Shown: positions 1-9,594 of the stretch, in pieces
Layout of the letters: each line of letters starts with the position of its first letter
Numbering within the stretch: position 1 is the first letter of the stretch
Made by a program: the position numbers and the translations under genes
Notes under the pieces: generated by a model
Seen by the model: the letters and a program-made list of their open reading frames with translations, nothing else
Databases searched by the model: none
What the model was told of the DNA's origin: nothing
DNA from: Myxococcales bacterium
GTDB taxonomy: Bacteria > Myxococcota_A > Polyangia > Polyangiales > DASUME01
Assembly (NCBI GenBank): GCA_047601445.1
Contig: JASGJH010000001.1
Coordinates: 3,360,001 to 3,424,000 of the forward strand
Direction: 5' to 3'
Length of the DNA: 64,000 nucleotides

Positions 1-1
1 G

Positions 2-1222
2 GGCGGACGCATTCGCGGCATGGCGGGCGCGTACGCCGCGATTGCGTCGGGCATCGACGGCTCGGTGTTCAATCCCGCGGGTTATGCCGAACGCGTGGAG
101 TCGGAGATCAACTGGTGGGAGTGGGAGCTCACAGGCAGCCTCTCGCTCGGCGGTATCTTCCACGACAACGACTTCGACAACAACGGCCACGATGACCTCA
201 GCAGCGCCGACGCCTTCTCCGTGGGCCTCGGCGGTCGCATGCAGTTCGGCCACGTGGGTACCGGTCTCTCGGCCGTGGCTCAGACCTTCACGCTCAAGGA
301 TGCCTCCGACAAGGCCTTCGCCGACGTGGTGCTCACCAACCTGCGCGCAGGCGGCGGTTATGCCTTCCTCGACGGTGATCTGGTGGTCGGCGCCACGTTA
401 CGCGGCGTGATCCTGCAGGTCGATAGCCCGACCGGAGCCCAGCAAACCCTGGTGAACTTCTTCGGCCTCGGCGCCGAATTCGGCGTGCTCGCCCGCCCCG
501 CCCACGAACGCTATCGCGCGGGCCTCGCAGTTCGCACGCCGATCGAATCGCGCCCCAACAACTCGGGCGAAGTGGTGAACGGCCTGCGCACCGCCCAGGG
601 CCTGGTGCTGCCCGAACGCGTGCACGTGCCCTGGGAGCTCGACCTCGGCTTCGCCTACCAGTTCGGCGAGCGCCGCACGAACGTGCCCTGGCGGGAGACC
701 ACGGGCATCCGCACGAACCTGCAACGGCAGCTGGCCAACGGCACCTATTTGCCGCCGCCGCTGTACGACGGTCCGGCCTACACCCCGATCCCGCACGACA
801 ACCCCAAGGCTGCGTTGCGTCAGGCCATCGCCAACGATCGCGAGGCCGAGCGTCGCTTGATCCGTAACCAGCCGAGACGTTACGTCCTCGTGTCAGGCGA
901 TCTCATCCTCTACGGTAAGACCGACAGGGGCCAGGGTCTGACCTCGTTCCTCACCCAACAGCCCGAGACCTCCGGCGCCAAGAACTCGGTGGGCGTGCGC
1001 TTCGGTATGGAGAGCGAAGTGCTGCAGAACCGCATGAAGGTCCGCGCCGGCACCTACCTGGAGCCGAGCCGTTTTCAGCGTAGTTATTACCGGCCCCACG
1101 GCACACTGGGCTTCGACGTGCGACTGTTCGATCTGTGGCGCTGGTCGTTCCGCGGCACCGCCACCATCGATGCGGCACCGCGCTTCTTCGACTGGGGCGC
1201 CGCCATCGGTATCTGGCGTTAA
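2..1222 (+). CDS. Outer-membrane beta-barrel protein, FadL/OmpP1-like (5' partial; frame is open at the window start)
   Basis: GGRIRGMAGAY...VFNPAG resembles the FadL-family N-terminal hatch motif. Alternating amphipathic strands and an aromatic C-terminus (IGIWR). Confidence 0.55.
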   Translation, partial: GGRIRGMAGAYAAIASGIDGSVFNPAGYAERVESEINWWEWELTGSLSLGGIFHDNDFDNNGHDDLSSADAFSVGLGGRMQFGHVGTGLSAVAQTFTLKDASDKAFADVVLTNLRAGGGYAFLDGDLVVGATLRGVILQVDSPTGAQQTLVNFFGLGAEFGVLARPAHERYRAGLAVRTPIESRPNNSGEVVNGLRTAQGLVLPERVHVPWELDLGFAYQFGERRTNVPWRETTGIRTNLQRQLANGTYLPPPLYDGPAYTPIPHDNPKAALRQAIANDREAERRLIRNQPRRYVLVSGDLILYGKTDRGQGLTSFLTQQPETSGAKNSVGVRFGMESEVLQNRMKVRAGTYLEPSRFQRSYYRPHGTLGFDVRLFDLWRWSFRGTATIDAAPRFFDWGAAIGIWR

Positions 1223-1339
1223 CCTTGCTCGCTGGCTCACTTCCGCGCGGCGCGCCCGGCGCCGGGAATGTGCCAAATACGGGCGTCCCCCCGTCTAGCG
1301 ATTGCAAGTTTCCCGGCTTGAAACTAGGCTCGAATTAAG

Positions 1340-3127
1340 TTGCAGGTATTCGGTAATACCCAAGGGCTGTCACCATCCGAACTCCACGCGCTCGAGCGCC
1401 TCTATCGCCGACGCGTCCCTGCAGATCAGCTCGTCACCCAGGAACTCACCCGCTCCCTGAGCGAGGTGTCCCACACCACCGGCCGTCAGGTCGGCGTGCT
1501 CATCAATCGCACGGGTGCGGTCGAGTTCGTGATTGTGGGCGACGCCACCAAGCTGATGCTGCCAGATCTGGGCCGTTTGCGCGGCACGGCGGGGCGCTTC
1601 CGGGGTGTACGCTTGGTGCATACGCACCTGCGCCGCGAGCTTCTGACCCGTGACGATCTGGTGGACCTGACGCGTCTGCGCCTCGATCTGGTGGCAGCCA
1701 TTTTGCTGGCCCCGGACGGCAGCCCGCAGCAGGTGCAGTACGCACACTGCGTGCCCACGCATCCGAATAACGTCGACGGCAAGGCGGGCGAAGAGCAGCA
1801 GCCGTTCCGGCAAGTGGGTCCCATCCCCTATTTCAAGCTGGATCTGAACCCCGCTCAGCTGATCGCGGCGCTCGAAGAGGAGTTCGCACGCATCGCGCGC
1901 ACGCGGCGCATCACGGCCAAGGACGGACGCGCGATCTTGGTGCACGTCTGCGACAAGCGACATGCCCATCAAGCCCAAGCCTCGCTCAACGAGCTCAAGG
2001 AGCTCGCGCGCACGGCGGGCGTCGAAGTGGCCGACGTCATTTTGCAGGTGCGCGACCAGGTCGATCCCAAGTTCGTGCTGGGTCGCGGCAAGCTGGAAGA
2101 CGTGGTGCTGCGTTCGATGCAGCTCGACGTGGAAGTGCTGATCTTCGACCGCAACCTGTCGCCCGCGCAGGGCACGGCGATTGCCCAGGTCACCGATCTC
2201 AAGGTGCTCGACCGCACCCAATTGATCCTCGACATCTTCGCGCAGCGCGCGGAGAGCCGCGACGGCAAGCTCCAGGTCGAGCTTGCACAGATGCGATACC
2301 TGCTGCCTCGCCTCGGACAAAAAGACGACTCGCTCTCGCGCCTTACGGGCGGCATCGGCGGTCGCGGTCCCGGTGAGACGAAGCTCGAGATCGGGCGCCG
2401 CCGCGCGCGCGAACGCATCACGTATCTCGAGCATCAGCTCAAGCAGACGGCCCGTCAGCGCAAGGAGCGCCGCCGCAAGCGCGCGCGCCACGATGTGCCC
2501 ATCGTGGCCATCGTCGGGTACACCAACGCTGGCAAGAGCACGCTGCTCAATACCCTCACCGAGTCGAGCGTACTGTCCGAGGACAAGCTCTTCGCCACCC
2601 TCGACACGCGCTCGCGACGGCTCAAGTTCCCGCGCGAGCAAGAAGTCGTCATCACCGACACAGTGGGCTTCATCCGCGATCTCCCCAAGGAGCTGTTTTC
2701 CGCGTTCCGAGCCACCTTCGAAGAGGCCCAGGACGCGGACCTCCTGTTGCATGTGATCGACTCGGCTGATCCGAATATCGCCGAACACATCGCGACCACC
2801 GAGAAGCTGCTCGAGGAGCTCGAGCTCGATCAGGTGCCGCGCTTGGTGGTCTACAACAAGGCCGACTGCCTGCCGCCCGACGAGGCCGGCGCCAAGGCGC
2901 GCGAGCACGACGGCGTCGCGGTAAGCGCGCTCGACAAGAACACGCTGCGTCCCCTGCTCGAGCGCATGGAGCACATGTTGTTCGTGGCGCGCGGACACAG
3001 CACGAGCCTGCTCGACTTCGATGACGCGGGGCACGAGCACGCGGGGCACGAGCAGACCGAGCACGACCAGCCCGTCCATGAGCTGAACGAGGACTTTGAG
3101 GGCTTCGGCGCACAAGCCGAGGAGTGA
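1340..3127 (+). CDS. hflX: GTPase HflX (long form with N-terminal extension)
   Basis: [25 protein letters not shown]1 [23 protein letters not shown]. Confidence 0.95.
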   Translation: MQVFGNTQGLSPSELHALERLYRRRVPADQLVTQELTRSLSEVSHTTGRQVGVLINRTGAVEFVIVGDATKLMLPDLGRLRGTAGRFRGVRLVHTHLRRELLTRDDLVDLTRLRLDLVAAILLAPDGSPQQVQYAHCVPTHPNNVDGKAGEEQQPFRQVGPIPYFKLDLNPAQLIAALEEEFARIARTRRITAKDGRAILVHVCDKRHAHQAQASLNELKELARTAGVEVADVILQVRDQVDPKFVLGRGKLEDVVLRSMQLDVEVLIFDRNLSPAQGTAIAQVTDLKVLDRTQLILDIFAQRAESRDGKLQVELAQMRYLLPRLGQKDDSLSRLTGGIGGRGPGETKLEIGRRRARERITYLEHQLKQTARQRKERRRKRARHDVPIVAIVGYTNAGKSTLLNTLTESSVLSEDKLFATLDTRSRRLKFPREQEVVITDTVGFIRDLPKELFSAFRATFEEAQDADLLLHVIDSADPNIAEHIATTEKLLEELELDQVPRLVVYNKADCLPPDEAGAKAREHDGVAVSALDKNTLRPLLERMEHMLFVARGHSTSLLDFDDAGHEHAGHEQTEHDQPVHELNEDFEGFGAQAEE

Positions 3128-3206
3128 GCGTCGCTTCACGGGAGGGGCTCGCGCTCTCCTGCCCTAGCCGCAATGGGACCCACCCCTCCGCGGGTCTTCT
3201 CGGCCG

Positions 3207-4745
3207 CTATTTCGCCTTGGGCTTGAGGCCCACGCGACCGTCCTTCACCACGACCTCGAAATCGATGCTCTTGCCCTGATGCTTCTTCTGCAGCTCGGGC
3301 AGCATCTTCTGAATGCTCGAGACCATGTGGTCGAAGCGAACCTCGCCCTCGTTGTTGCGGCGGCGCGCAGAGGTGTACTCGTCGTAGATGCGCTTGAGGC
3401 GCTCCTCGTTCGGCACTTGCGTGTCGGCCCGCGAGGCCTGGGCCGTGGGGGCGCTGGGCTGAGCGGGGCGCGCGGGCGCACCCGCATTGGGCAAGCGGAA
3501 GGTGGCGCTCGGCGTGGGCTTGGCGAAGGCGGGAGCGGGCTCGGGAGTCGCCGGCGTGGGCTTGGGGGCGGAAGCCCCGGTGGGCGCGAGGGGGGCCGGC
3601 TTGGGCCCAGCGGGAGCGGGGCGCAGGACAGAGCCGGCGGGCGCCGTGGGGGCAGGACGCGGGACGGTGCCCGTCGCGGCGGGCGCCATGGGGGCCGGAT
3701 GCGGGACCGCCGTCCCGCTGGCAGCAGGCTCCGCAGGCGCCGAGCGGGGCAACGAGGTCGTTCCCGTGCCACCAGTCTCCGTGGGGGCAGGACGGGGTAG
3801 CGAGGTCGTTCCCGTGCCAACAGCCTCCGTGGGAGGAGGACGGGGCAGCGAGGTCGTCCCGGTGCCGCCGGGCTCGGTGGGCGCCGGCCGGGGCGCCGAG
3901 AGCCCCGTGGCCGTAGGAGCAGTGGGCGCGGGACGGGGTGCCGAAATCCCCGTGGCCGCGGGGGCCGTGGGCGCTGGGCGCGGTGCCGAGACCCCCGGGG
4001 TGGTCGGAGCGGGCCTGGGCGCAGAGCTGACTGGGCCGGGAACCGGCGGCGGCGGCCTGGGCAGGGACGAGTTGGGTCCCGCTGGCGGCGCACCCGGCAG
4101 CGATGCGCGCGACGGTGGAGGTGGCAACCCAGAGACCTTCGGCTGGGGACGCTGCGACACGCGGGGCGCGGGGCGCAATGTAAGCGAAGGCGGCTCGGAG
4201 AGCGCCCCGGGGCGCACCCTGGGTGCCGGCCTGGACTCGCGCCCAGCATTCGTGCGAGCCCGGGCCACCGGCGGCGGCAGGGTATCGAAGTCGGGTGAGT
4301 CCACCTCGCGCGCGAGCTCGTCCATCTCGAAGTCGCTCAGCAGATCGTCGACGCTCAGGCTCTCGTTGGGATCGAGCTCGTAGCTACGCGGCCCCGGTCG
4401 CTGTGAGTCGAGCTCGCGGCGACCGCGACCGGTGGCGTTGGCTCCCTTGCGCCGCATGCGCTGCAATTGCAGGCGATACGTCCCCTCCTCGATCTGCTTG
4501 GCGGTGCGGTGCCAGTAGTTCGCGAGGGTGGTGTAGCGCTGGTACAGCTGGTGATAGCGGAAGCGCAGCGCAGTGTTGCGCGGCAGCTCCTTGCGCATGC
4601 CGTAGACGCGGCGCTCCACATCCTTGCGAGCGACGTGAGGTTCGGTCTTCTCGTAGCCGCGGAACCAGTTCTCGTAGAGCGCACGCAGTCGATCGACGCG
4701 CGTCTCGAGATCGTTCAGCTGAAGTTCGAACTCTTTGGCGTCCAT
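3207..4745 (-). CDS. Myxobacterial protein with helical N-domain, long Pro/Ala/Thr-rich linker and MXAN_5187-C-terminal-like domain
   Basis: N-terminus LRALYENWFRGYEK...RFRY; C-terminus IYDEY...ARR...IDFEVVVKDGRVGLKP; low-complexity middle. Family assignment from recall only. Confidence 0.55.
   Translation of the reverse strand: MDAKEFELQLNDLETRVDRLRALYENWFRGYEKTEPHVARKDVERRVYGMRKELPRNTALRFRYHQLYQRYTTLANYWHRTAKQIEEGTYRLQLQRMRRKGANATGRGRRELDSQRPGPRSYELDPNESLSVDDLLSDFEMDELAREVDSPDFDTLPPPVARARTNAGRESRPAPRVRPGALSEPPSLTLRPAPRVSQRPQPKVSGLPPPPSRASLPGAPPAGPNSSLPRPPPPVPGPVSSAPRPAPTTPGVSAPRPAPTAPAATGISAPRPAPTAPTATGLSAPRPAPTEPGGTGTTSLPRPPPTEAVGTGTTSLPRPAPTETGGTGTTSLPRSAPAEPAASGTAVPHPAPMAPAATGTVPRPAPTAPAGSVLRPAPAGPKPAPLAPTGASAPKPTPATPEPAPAFAKPTPSATFRLPNAGAPARPAQPSAPTAQASRADTQVPNEERLKRIYDEYTSARRRNNEGEVRFDHMVSSIQKMLPELQKKHQGKSIDFEVVVKDGRVGLKPKAK
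3640..4030 (-). repeat. Intragenic tandem repeats (48-nt period; GTGTTSLPRP(A/P)PTE and SAPRPAPT units)
   Basis: cgaggtcgt recurs at 3753, 3801 and 3849; repeated PRPAPT in the translation. Boundaries approximate. Confidence 0.75.
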
Positions 4746-4773
4746 GGTTGTTTGCGAGCGCGACGACTCGCGT

Positions 4774-5403
4774 TCAGATCGGCGTGATCACCAGGTTGTC
4801 GAACCACAACTCGGACTGCCAGTTGTTGATGCCGAAGTGATCGTGGCCCACCCCCCAGAGAGGGTCCGGGTCGTTCATCTTGACCAGCATCTGGTCGTCC
4901 ACCCAAGCCGTAATGGTATCCCCTTGGCGCTCGATCTTCATGTGATAGGTGCGGCCTTTTTCGACCGGCCGACTGGGGCCCTCCACGCGGTCGGAGCCAT
5001 GCTCGTTCATTCGGGCCAGTACGTTCTTGGAGTTGTTCCAGCCACCGAAGATCACGACGTAGCTGGTGGCCGTGTAGCTCGCTTCGGTCGCCTTGGAGAC
5101 GCCGTCCCCGTAGATCTCGACCTTGATGTCCCCTTCGGGACTCTCGCTGCGTACGTCGAACTCGATGCGCGCATTGCGCGGCAGCGTACGTTTCAGCCAG
5201 AGCGGCTTGTTGCGGGCTCCGCGGACGCGCAGCTTACCGTCGACGATTTGGTAAGCGCCCCCGGTGTTGCGCCACAAAGGGCCGAGCTCCGCGCGCTCGA
5301 AGTCATCTCGAAAGGGCCCGCCGAGCGCAGGGTCACCACGCGGCACACAGGCCAGGACAGAGGCACACAACACACCGGCCAAGAGACGACGCATCCAGGT
5401 CAT
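4774..5403 (-). CDS. Lipoprotein with concanavalin/LamG-like beta-sandwich (DUF1080/DUF6250-like)
   Basis: Signal with lipobox VLAC; FRDDF start; beta-rich; C-terminal LWFDNLVI typical of this fold. Confidence 0.55.
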   Translation of the reverse strand: MTWMRRLLAGVLCASVLACVPRGDPALGGPFRDDFERAELGPLWRNTGGAYQIVDGKLRVRGARNKPLWLKRTLPRNARIEFDVRSESPEGDIKVEIYGDGVSKATEASYTATSYVVIFGGWNNSKNVLARMNEHGSDRVEGPSRPVEKGRTYHMKIERQGDTITAWVDDQMLVKMNDPDPLWGVGHDHFGINNWQSELWFDNLVITPI

Positions 5404-5458
5404 AGGGCGGCAACTCTAGAAGAGAGCCGTCGGGCACACCAGCGGCGCCTACTCGAAC

Positions 5459-6646
5459 TCACTTGTCCGTGCAGCCGTCCTCGTCCTCGTCACGGCCGAT
5501 CTCTGCGGGCTCCAGAGGGCACTTGTCGTCCTCGTCGACAATCAGGTCGCCGTCGTTGTCGTCGTCAGCGCAGCCGTCCGCGTCCTGAAAGCCGTCGCGA
5601 TCCTCCGGCAAATGCTCGCATTGGTCTTCGCTGTCTGGCACGCCGTCCGCGTCCTGATCGTGTTTGCGCGGCGACCAGCCGAAGGCCCCGAGCACGCGCA
5701 GGTCCGGCGAGCCAATGGCCGGGCGAAACCCCGCGCCCACGCCCAAGGTGACGAAGAAGTCCCCGATCACCGCGCGATAGGCCAGGCGGCCCTCCACGGG
5801 TGTGGTGGGGCTGGCGAAGAAGTCCGTGGGGTTGGTGGCGACGTCGAGCTCCACCATTACGCTCTCCTGCAGCTTGCCGGGCAGCGCCCGCGCGATGACG
5901 GGCAGTGGCACGCGCAGGCCGAGCAACAACTGAAGCATGTTGGACAGCGAGCTGTCGCCGATACGGTCCGGGTCGAAGCTGTGCTGATAACCGAGCGCGC
6001 CGCCCAGACGGATGCCGAACATCTCGAGATCGCCGATGGCCGACACGGAGAGGCGCGTGCTGTTGTCGGCGAAATAGGAGTCGGAGGTGCCCACGGGTAG
6101 CTGCACGATGCCTCGCAGTGCCACTGCGGAGCCGTCGTTTACGCTGCCATCGGGACGCACTGGATTGCCGAACACGCGGATGCGACCTTCGATGGCGGGG
6201 TTGCCGGCCGCGGCGGGCGCCAGGGGCTTGCCAGGGACGTCATCGCCCTTCTGCACCATCACGAAGGGCATGCGCACGGCGAGCGCACCGCGCGTCATGA
6301 TGCCGAGCTGGGCGATGGCCGTGCCGTCGAAGCGCTGGTGAATGGGCGTGGGAGAGTTCGCGTAGTCGAGCCCATCGCGCGCCATGCTCGGATCGCTGAG
6401 CTTCATCGACGAGGTCTCGAGCGTGTTCAACGAGTAGTCGAGCCACAGCGTGGCATCGACTCCCCAGGGCCCCGGGGTACGCGTGCTCGGGAGCGCGATG
6501 AAGCCGGTCTGATCAGGCGCGGGCAAGAAGCCGTCGACGGGCACGTCCCCCGCGGCCGCGGGCAACGCTGGGACGCTCGTCAGTGCCAGGGCCACGAGCA
6601 CGCTGGAGGCCCGCCGCGCGAACAGGAAGAGATCGGTCGAAGTCAC
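5459..6646 (-). CDS. Outer-membrane beta-barrel protein with C-terminal thrombospondin type-3 repeats (no OmpA C-terminal domain); start uncertain
   Basis: Signal peptide; barrel-like strands; DQDADGVPDSEDQC, DRDGFQDADGC, DNDGDLIVDEDDKCP, DEDGC. GTG 6646 chosen because the longer ORF runs through a repeat hairpin. Confidence 0.7.
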   Translation of the reverse strand: MTSTDLFLFARRASSVLVALALTSVPALPAAAGDVPVDGFLPAPDQTGFIALPSTRTPGPWGVDATLWLDYSLNTLETSSMKLSDPSMARDGLDYANSPTPIHQRFDGTAIAQLGIMTRGALAVRMPFVMVQKGDDVPGKPLAPAAAGNPAIEGRIRVFGNPVRPDGSVNDGSAVALRGIVQLPVGTSDSYFADNSTRLSVSAIGDLEMFGIRLGGALGYQHSFDPDRIGDSSLSNMLQLLLGLRVPLPVIARALPGKLQESVMVELDVATNPTDFFASPTTPVEGRLAYRAVIGDFFVTLGVGAGFRPAIGSPDLRVLGAFGWSPRKHDQDADGVPDSEDQCEHLPEDRDGFQDADGCADDDNDGDLIVDEDDKCPLEPAEIGRDEDEDGCTDK

Positions 6647-6670
6647 GGTGACGGACAGGATAGTCTTGTT

Positions 6671-6698
6671 AGCGGGGAGGTCACGCGACCTCCCCGCT
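6671..6698. repeat. Palindromic intergenic repeat family B (GGGGAGGTC-ACGC-GACCTCCCC), copy 1
   Basis: Perfect 12-bp stem agcggggaggtc/gacctccccgct with 4-nt loop. Confidence 0.8.
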
Positions 6699-6777
6699 CC
6701 GCGCGGCAAAGCCGCGCAGGGACACACCCCGCCGCGAGGTTCGCTGACGCTCACGAGTGCGCTCCATGTTCTCGAAA

Positions 6778-6798
6778 GAGGTCACGCGACCTCCCCGC
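6778..6798. repeat. Repeat family B, copy 2 (partial)
   Basis: gaggtcacgcgacctccccgc is identical to the core of copy 1. Confidence 0.75.
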
Positions 6799-6833
6799 CC
6801 GTTCCGACCGTGGCCAGCCGCCACCCCGGCCAA

Positions 6834-7694
6834 CTAGGGAATCACCCGCAGGTTGCGACTCGCGCCCGTGTGCCGGGGGGCCTCTCCGATTCCGCTTCCG
6901 AAGGGATCGGCCCCCGGGTCCTCGGCCACGCTCAAGCCGAGCTTTTGCCACAGCCCCACGTCGAGGAGGTGGGACGCGCGCACGTTGCCCAGCGCGGCGA
7001 GGATGCTGTCCTTCACCTGCGGCGCCGTCTGCTCGAGGTTCGTGAGCAAGTTCTTCACCTGCTTGCGCATCAGGTTCTCCTGGGACCCGCACAGGTCGCA
7101 GGGCAAGATGGGGAACTTCAGGAGCTGCGCGAGCTCGGCAATCGTGGACTCGGCGGCGTAAAGCAACGGCCGAATCACCACGTTGCGGCCGTCGTCGCTC
7201 ACCAGCTTGGGCGGCATGCTCTTGATGGAGCCCGTGAACATCAAGTTGAGCAGCAGGGTCTCGATGGCGTCGTCGCGATGATGACCGAGCGCGATCTTGC
7301 TGCAGCCGAGCTCCTGGGCGGCGTTGTAGAGCACGCCGCGGCGCAGGCGTGAACACAAGGAACAATAGGTTTTCCCCTCGGGAACGTGCTCTTTTACGAT
7401 GCTGTAGGTGTCTTCGCGCAGGATCCGATAGTCGAACGCATGGTCCTTCAACCAGCTCTCGAGTGGGGAGCCGTCATAGCCGGGATGCCCCTGATCGAGG
7501 TGAACGGCGACGAGCGAGAACTCAATCGGGGCCTTTTTACGCGCCCTCTCGAGCAAATGGAGCAGCGTGTAGCTATCCTTGCCCCCGCTCATGCAGACCA
7601 TGATGCGATCTCCCGCTTCGATGAGCTTGAAGTCGGCGATGCAGCGGCCAAGCTCGCGGGCGAGCTCGTTTTCGAGCTTGTATTCGAGGGTCAT
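6834..7694 (-). CDS. ttcA: tRNA 2-thiocytidine(32) synthetase TtcA
   Basis: PP-loop SGGKDS, CSLCSRLRRG, LGHHRDD, IRPL, PCDLCGSQ. Confidence 0.95.
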   Translation of the reverse strand: MTLEYKLENELARELGRCIADFKLIEAGDRIMVCMSGGKDSYTLLHLLERARKKAPIEFSLVAVHLDQGHPGYDGSPLESWLKDHAFDYRILREDTYSIVKEHVPEGKTYCSLCSRLRRGVLYNAAQELGCSKIALGHHRDDAIETLLLNLMFTGSIKSMPPKLVSDDGRNVVIRPLLYAAESTIAELAQLLKFPILPCDLCGSQENLMRKQVKNLLTNLEQTAPQVKDSILAALGNVRASHLLDVGLWQKLGLSVAEDPGADPFGSGIGEAPRHTGASRNLRVIP

Positions 7695-7802
7695 GGGGGC
7701 AGCGGTGTGTAGCGGCCTAGTTACAATGTTTCAACCCGAGCGGGTAGAACAGGGCTCACGTGGGTTCCCCCATGCGGGCGCGCGTTGTATGGTGTCACGC
7801 TG

Positions 7803-9446
7803 ATGCAAGATAGCGGTCCCGCAAAGGATTCCCCGGCAGACCCGCAGGGTGCCGCGGAATTACCGACGATGGCCGCCGCAACGCCGCCTCCGACGTTGCA
7901 GGCCACGCCTGCCCAGCGTCCGCGCCCCAAGATGGTGCACGACTGGACGGGGCGGGACGTGGATGGTCGCTACCGGGTCCTCGAGCGTCTCGGCGAGGGC
8001 GGCATGGGCGTCGTCTACGTAGCCGAACACGTCCAGCTCAAGAAGAAGGTGGCCTTCAAAGTCATTCATCCGCAGCTGGCGGCGCACGAAGAGCTGCTGC
8101 TGCGCTTCAAGCGCGAAGCCCTGGCCACGGGGCAGTTGGACCATCCGCACATCGCGGCGGCCATCGACTTCGGCGAACTCGAGGACGGCAGTGCTTTCAT
8201 GGTCATGCCGTGGGTGCGCGGTCACAGCCTGCAAAAGCAGCTCGAAGAGGGCGAGAGCATGGACTTTCGCCGTGCCGCCAGCCTGTGCGCCCAGATCGCC
8301 GACGCGCTCAGCGCCGCCCACGGCATGGGCATCGTCCATCGCGATCTCAAGCCCGACAACGTGTTGGTGGAGACCCGCACCGACGGCAGCGAGGCCGCCA
8401 AGGTGCTCGACTTCGGCGTGGCGAGCCTGGCGGGGCAGCCCGAGGGCCTGAGCATGGACTCGCGTCCGCTCACGCAGGCGGGCACCATCCTCGGAACGCC
8501 CGGATACATGTCGCCCGAGCAAGCCAGCGCGGGCGAAGTCGACCACCGCACGGACCTCTACGCGCTGGGCGTGATCCTGTGGGAGCTCTGCAAGGGTGAG
8601 CGGCTCTTCAGTGGTAGCGATATCACCGCCATCTTCGCCAAGCAGTTCAACACCGTGCCCCCGCCCCTCGACCTCGGGCGCTCCTCCATGGCGCGCGAGC
8701 TGAGCGACCTGGTCACGCGCCTGCTCGCCTGGGACAAGAACCAACGGCCGGGCACCGCAGCCGAAGTGCGCGATGCGCTGCGTCGCATCTCCGACCTACC
8801 CGACTCCCGCATCTCGCACCTGCACCTGAGCCTCGAGTTCGTGCCCAAGTTCTACCAGCGCTACGTGCCTCCCGCGTACCAGCGCTACGTGCCCCACGCC
8901 ATCGCGGCCATCGCCGTGTTGATTGCCATCTTGATCGTGGCCTTCGACGACGACCCCGAGCCCGTCCAGCCCGAGCAGGCGCCGGTGGCCGCCGTGCTCG
9001 AGAAGCCCAAGAAGCTCACCAAGGCCGAGGCCAGGCGCGCCGAGCGTGCCCCTGAGCCCGCGGCCGCCGCGGCACCGGCTCCCAGCGAGCCCCCGCCCGC
9101 CCGCGTGGAGACCGAGGCCGATCCGAGCGACGACCGGGACACCCTGATCCGCAGCAAGAGCCGTGAGGCCCGCCGCAGCGCCGCCAAACGCGTGCTGAAG
9201 AACCCGTCGGGCTCGCCTCACTACCTCAAACTCATCGCCCAGCTCGAAGCCGCGAACGGCTGCCCCGAGAAGAAGGCGGTCCTCGAAGACATCCGCAACT
9301 TATCCGACCCTCGCGTGCTCCCGGCGCTCGAGCGCTTGGCCGAGCAACCCAAGCGCGGCTGCGGCTTGATTCGCTTGAGCGATTGCCTGGCATGTTTACG
9401 GAGAGACCTCGATCAGACGATCGGAGCGCTCGAGAACGGCAAGTAG
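7803..9446 (+). CDS. Membrane Ser/Thr protein kinase (Hanks type); start uncertain (7785-7869)
   Basis: LGEGGMG, VAFK, HRDLKPDN, DFG, GTPGYMSPE, TM helix, Cys-containing C-terminal domain. Confidence 0.92.
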   Translation: MQDSGPAKDSPADPQGAAELPTMAAATPPPTLQATPAQRPRPKMVHDWTGRDVDGRYRVLERLGEGGMGVVYVAEHVQLKKKVAFKVIHPQLAAHEELLLRFKREALATGQLDHPHIAAAIDFGELEDGSAFMVMPWVRGHSLQKQLEEGESMDFRRAASLCAQIADALSAAHGMGIVHRDLKPDNVLVETRTDGSEAAKVLDFGVASLAGQPEGLSMDSRPLTQAGTILGTPGYMSPEQASAGEVDHRTDLYALGVILWELCKGERLFSGSDITAIFAKQFNTVPPPLDLGRSSMARELSDLVTRLLAWDKNQRPGTAAEVRDALRRISDLPDSRISHLHLSLEFVPKFYQRYVPPAYQRYVPHAIAAIAVLIAILIVAFDDDPEPVQPEQAPVAAVLEKPKKLTKAEARRAERAPEPAAAAAPAPSEPPPARVETEADPSDDRDTLIRSKSREARRSAAKRVLKNPSGSPHYLKLIAQLEAANGCPEKKAVLEDIRNLSDPRVLPALERLAEQPKRGCGLIRLSDCLACLRRDLDQTIGALENGK

Positions 9447-9518
9447 GGCGCGCACAGCGCGCGAGCGACCGCCGACGCAGGCGGACCTGGTGCCAGCGTG
9501 CTGCCTCGGAAAGGAACG

Positions 9519-9552
9519 AAAAGGCCCGACCCGCTTTCGCGAATCGGGCCTT
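9519..9552 (-). terminator. Probable intrinsic terminator between convergent genes
   Basis: Stem aaggcccga/tcgggcctt with a U-run on the minus strand. Confidence 0.55.
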
Positions 9553-9594
9553 CATGCGGGCTCGCTAGCGAGGTGCCCTACTCGGGCGCGCGCC

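Noticed and set aside
3026..3055. 15-nt direct repeat giving a His/acidic tail on HflX
   Set aside because: Short low-complexity tail with no evidence of function.
1370..3139. Long antisense or alternate-frame ORFs (e.g. 1370-3139 -, 17406-19160 +, 37093-39084 -, 61092-62636 -)
   Set aside because: Shadow ORFs of real genes in high-GC DNA, with no recognisable motifs.
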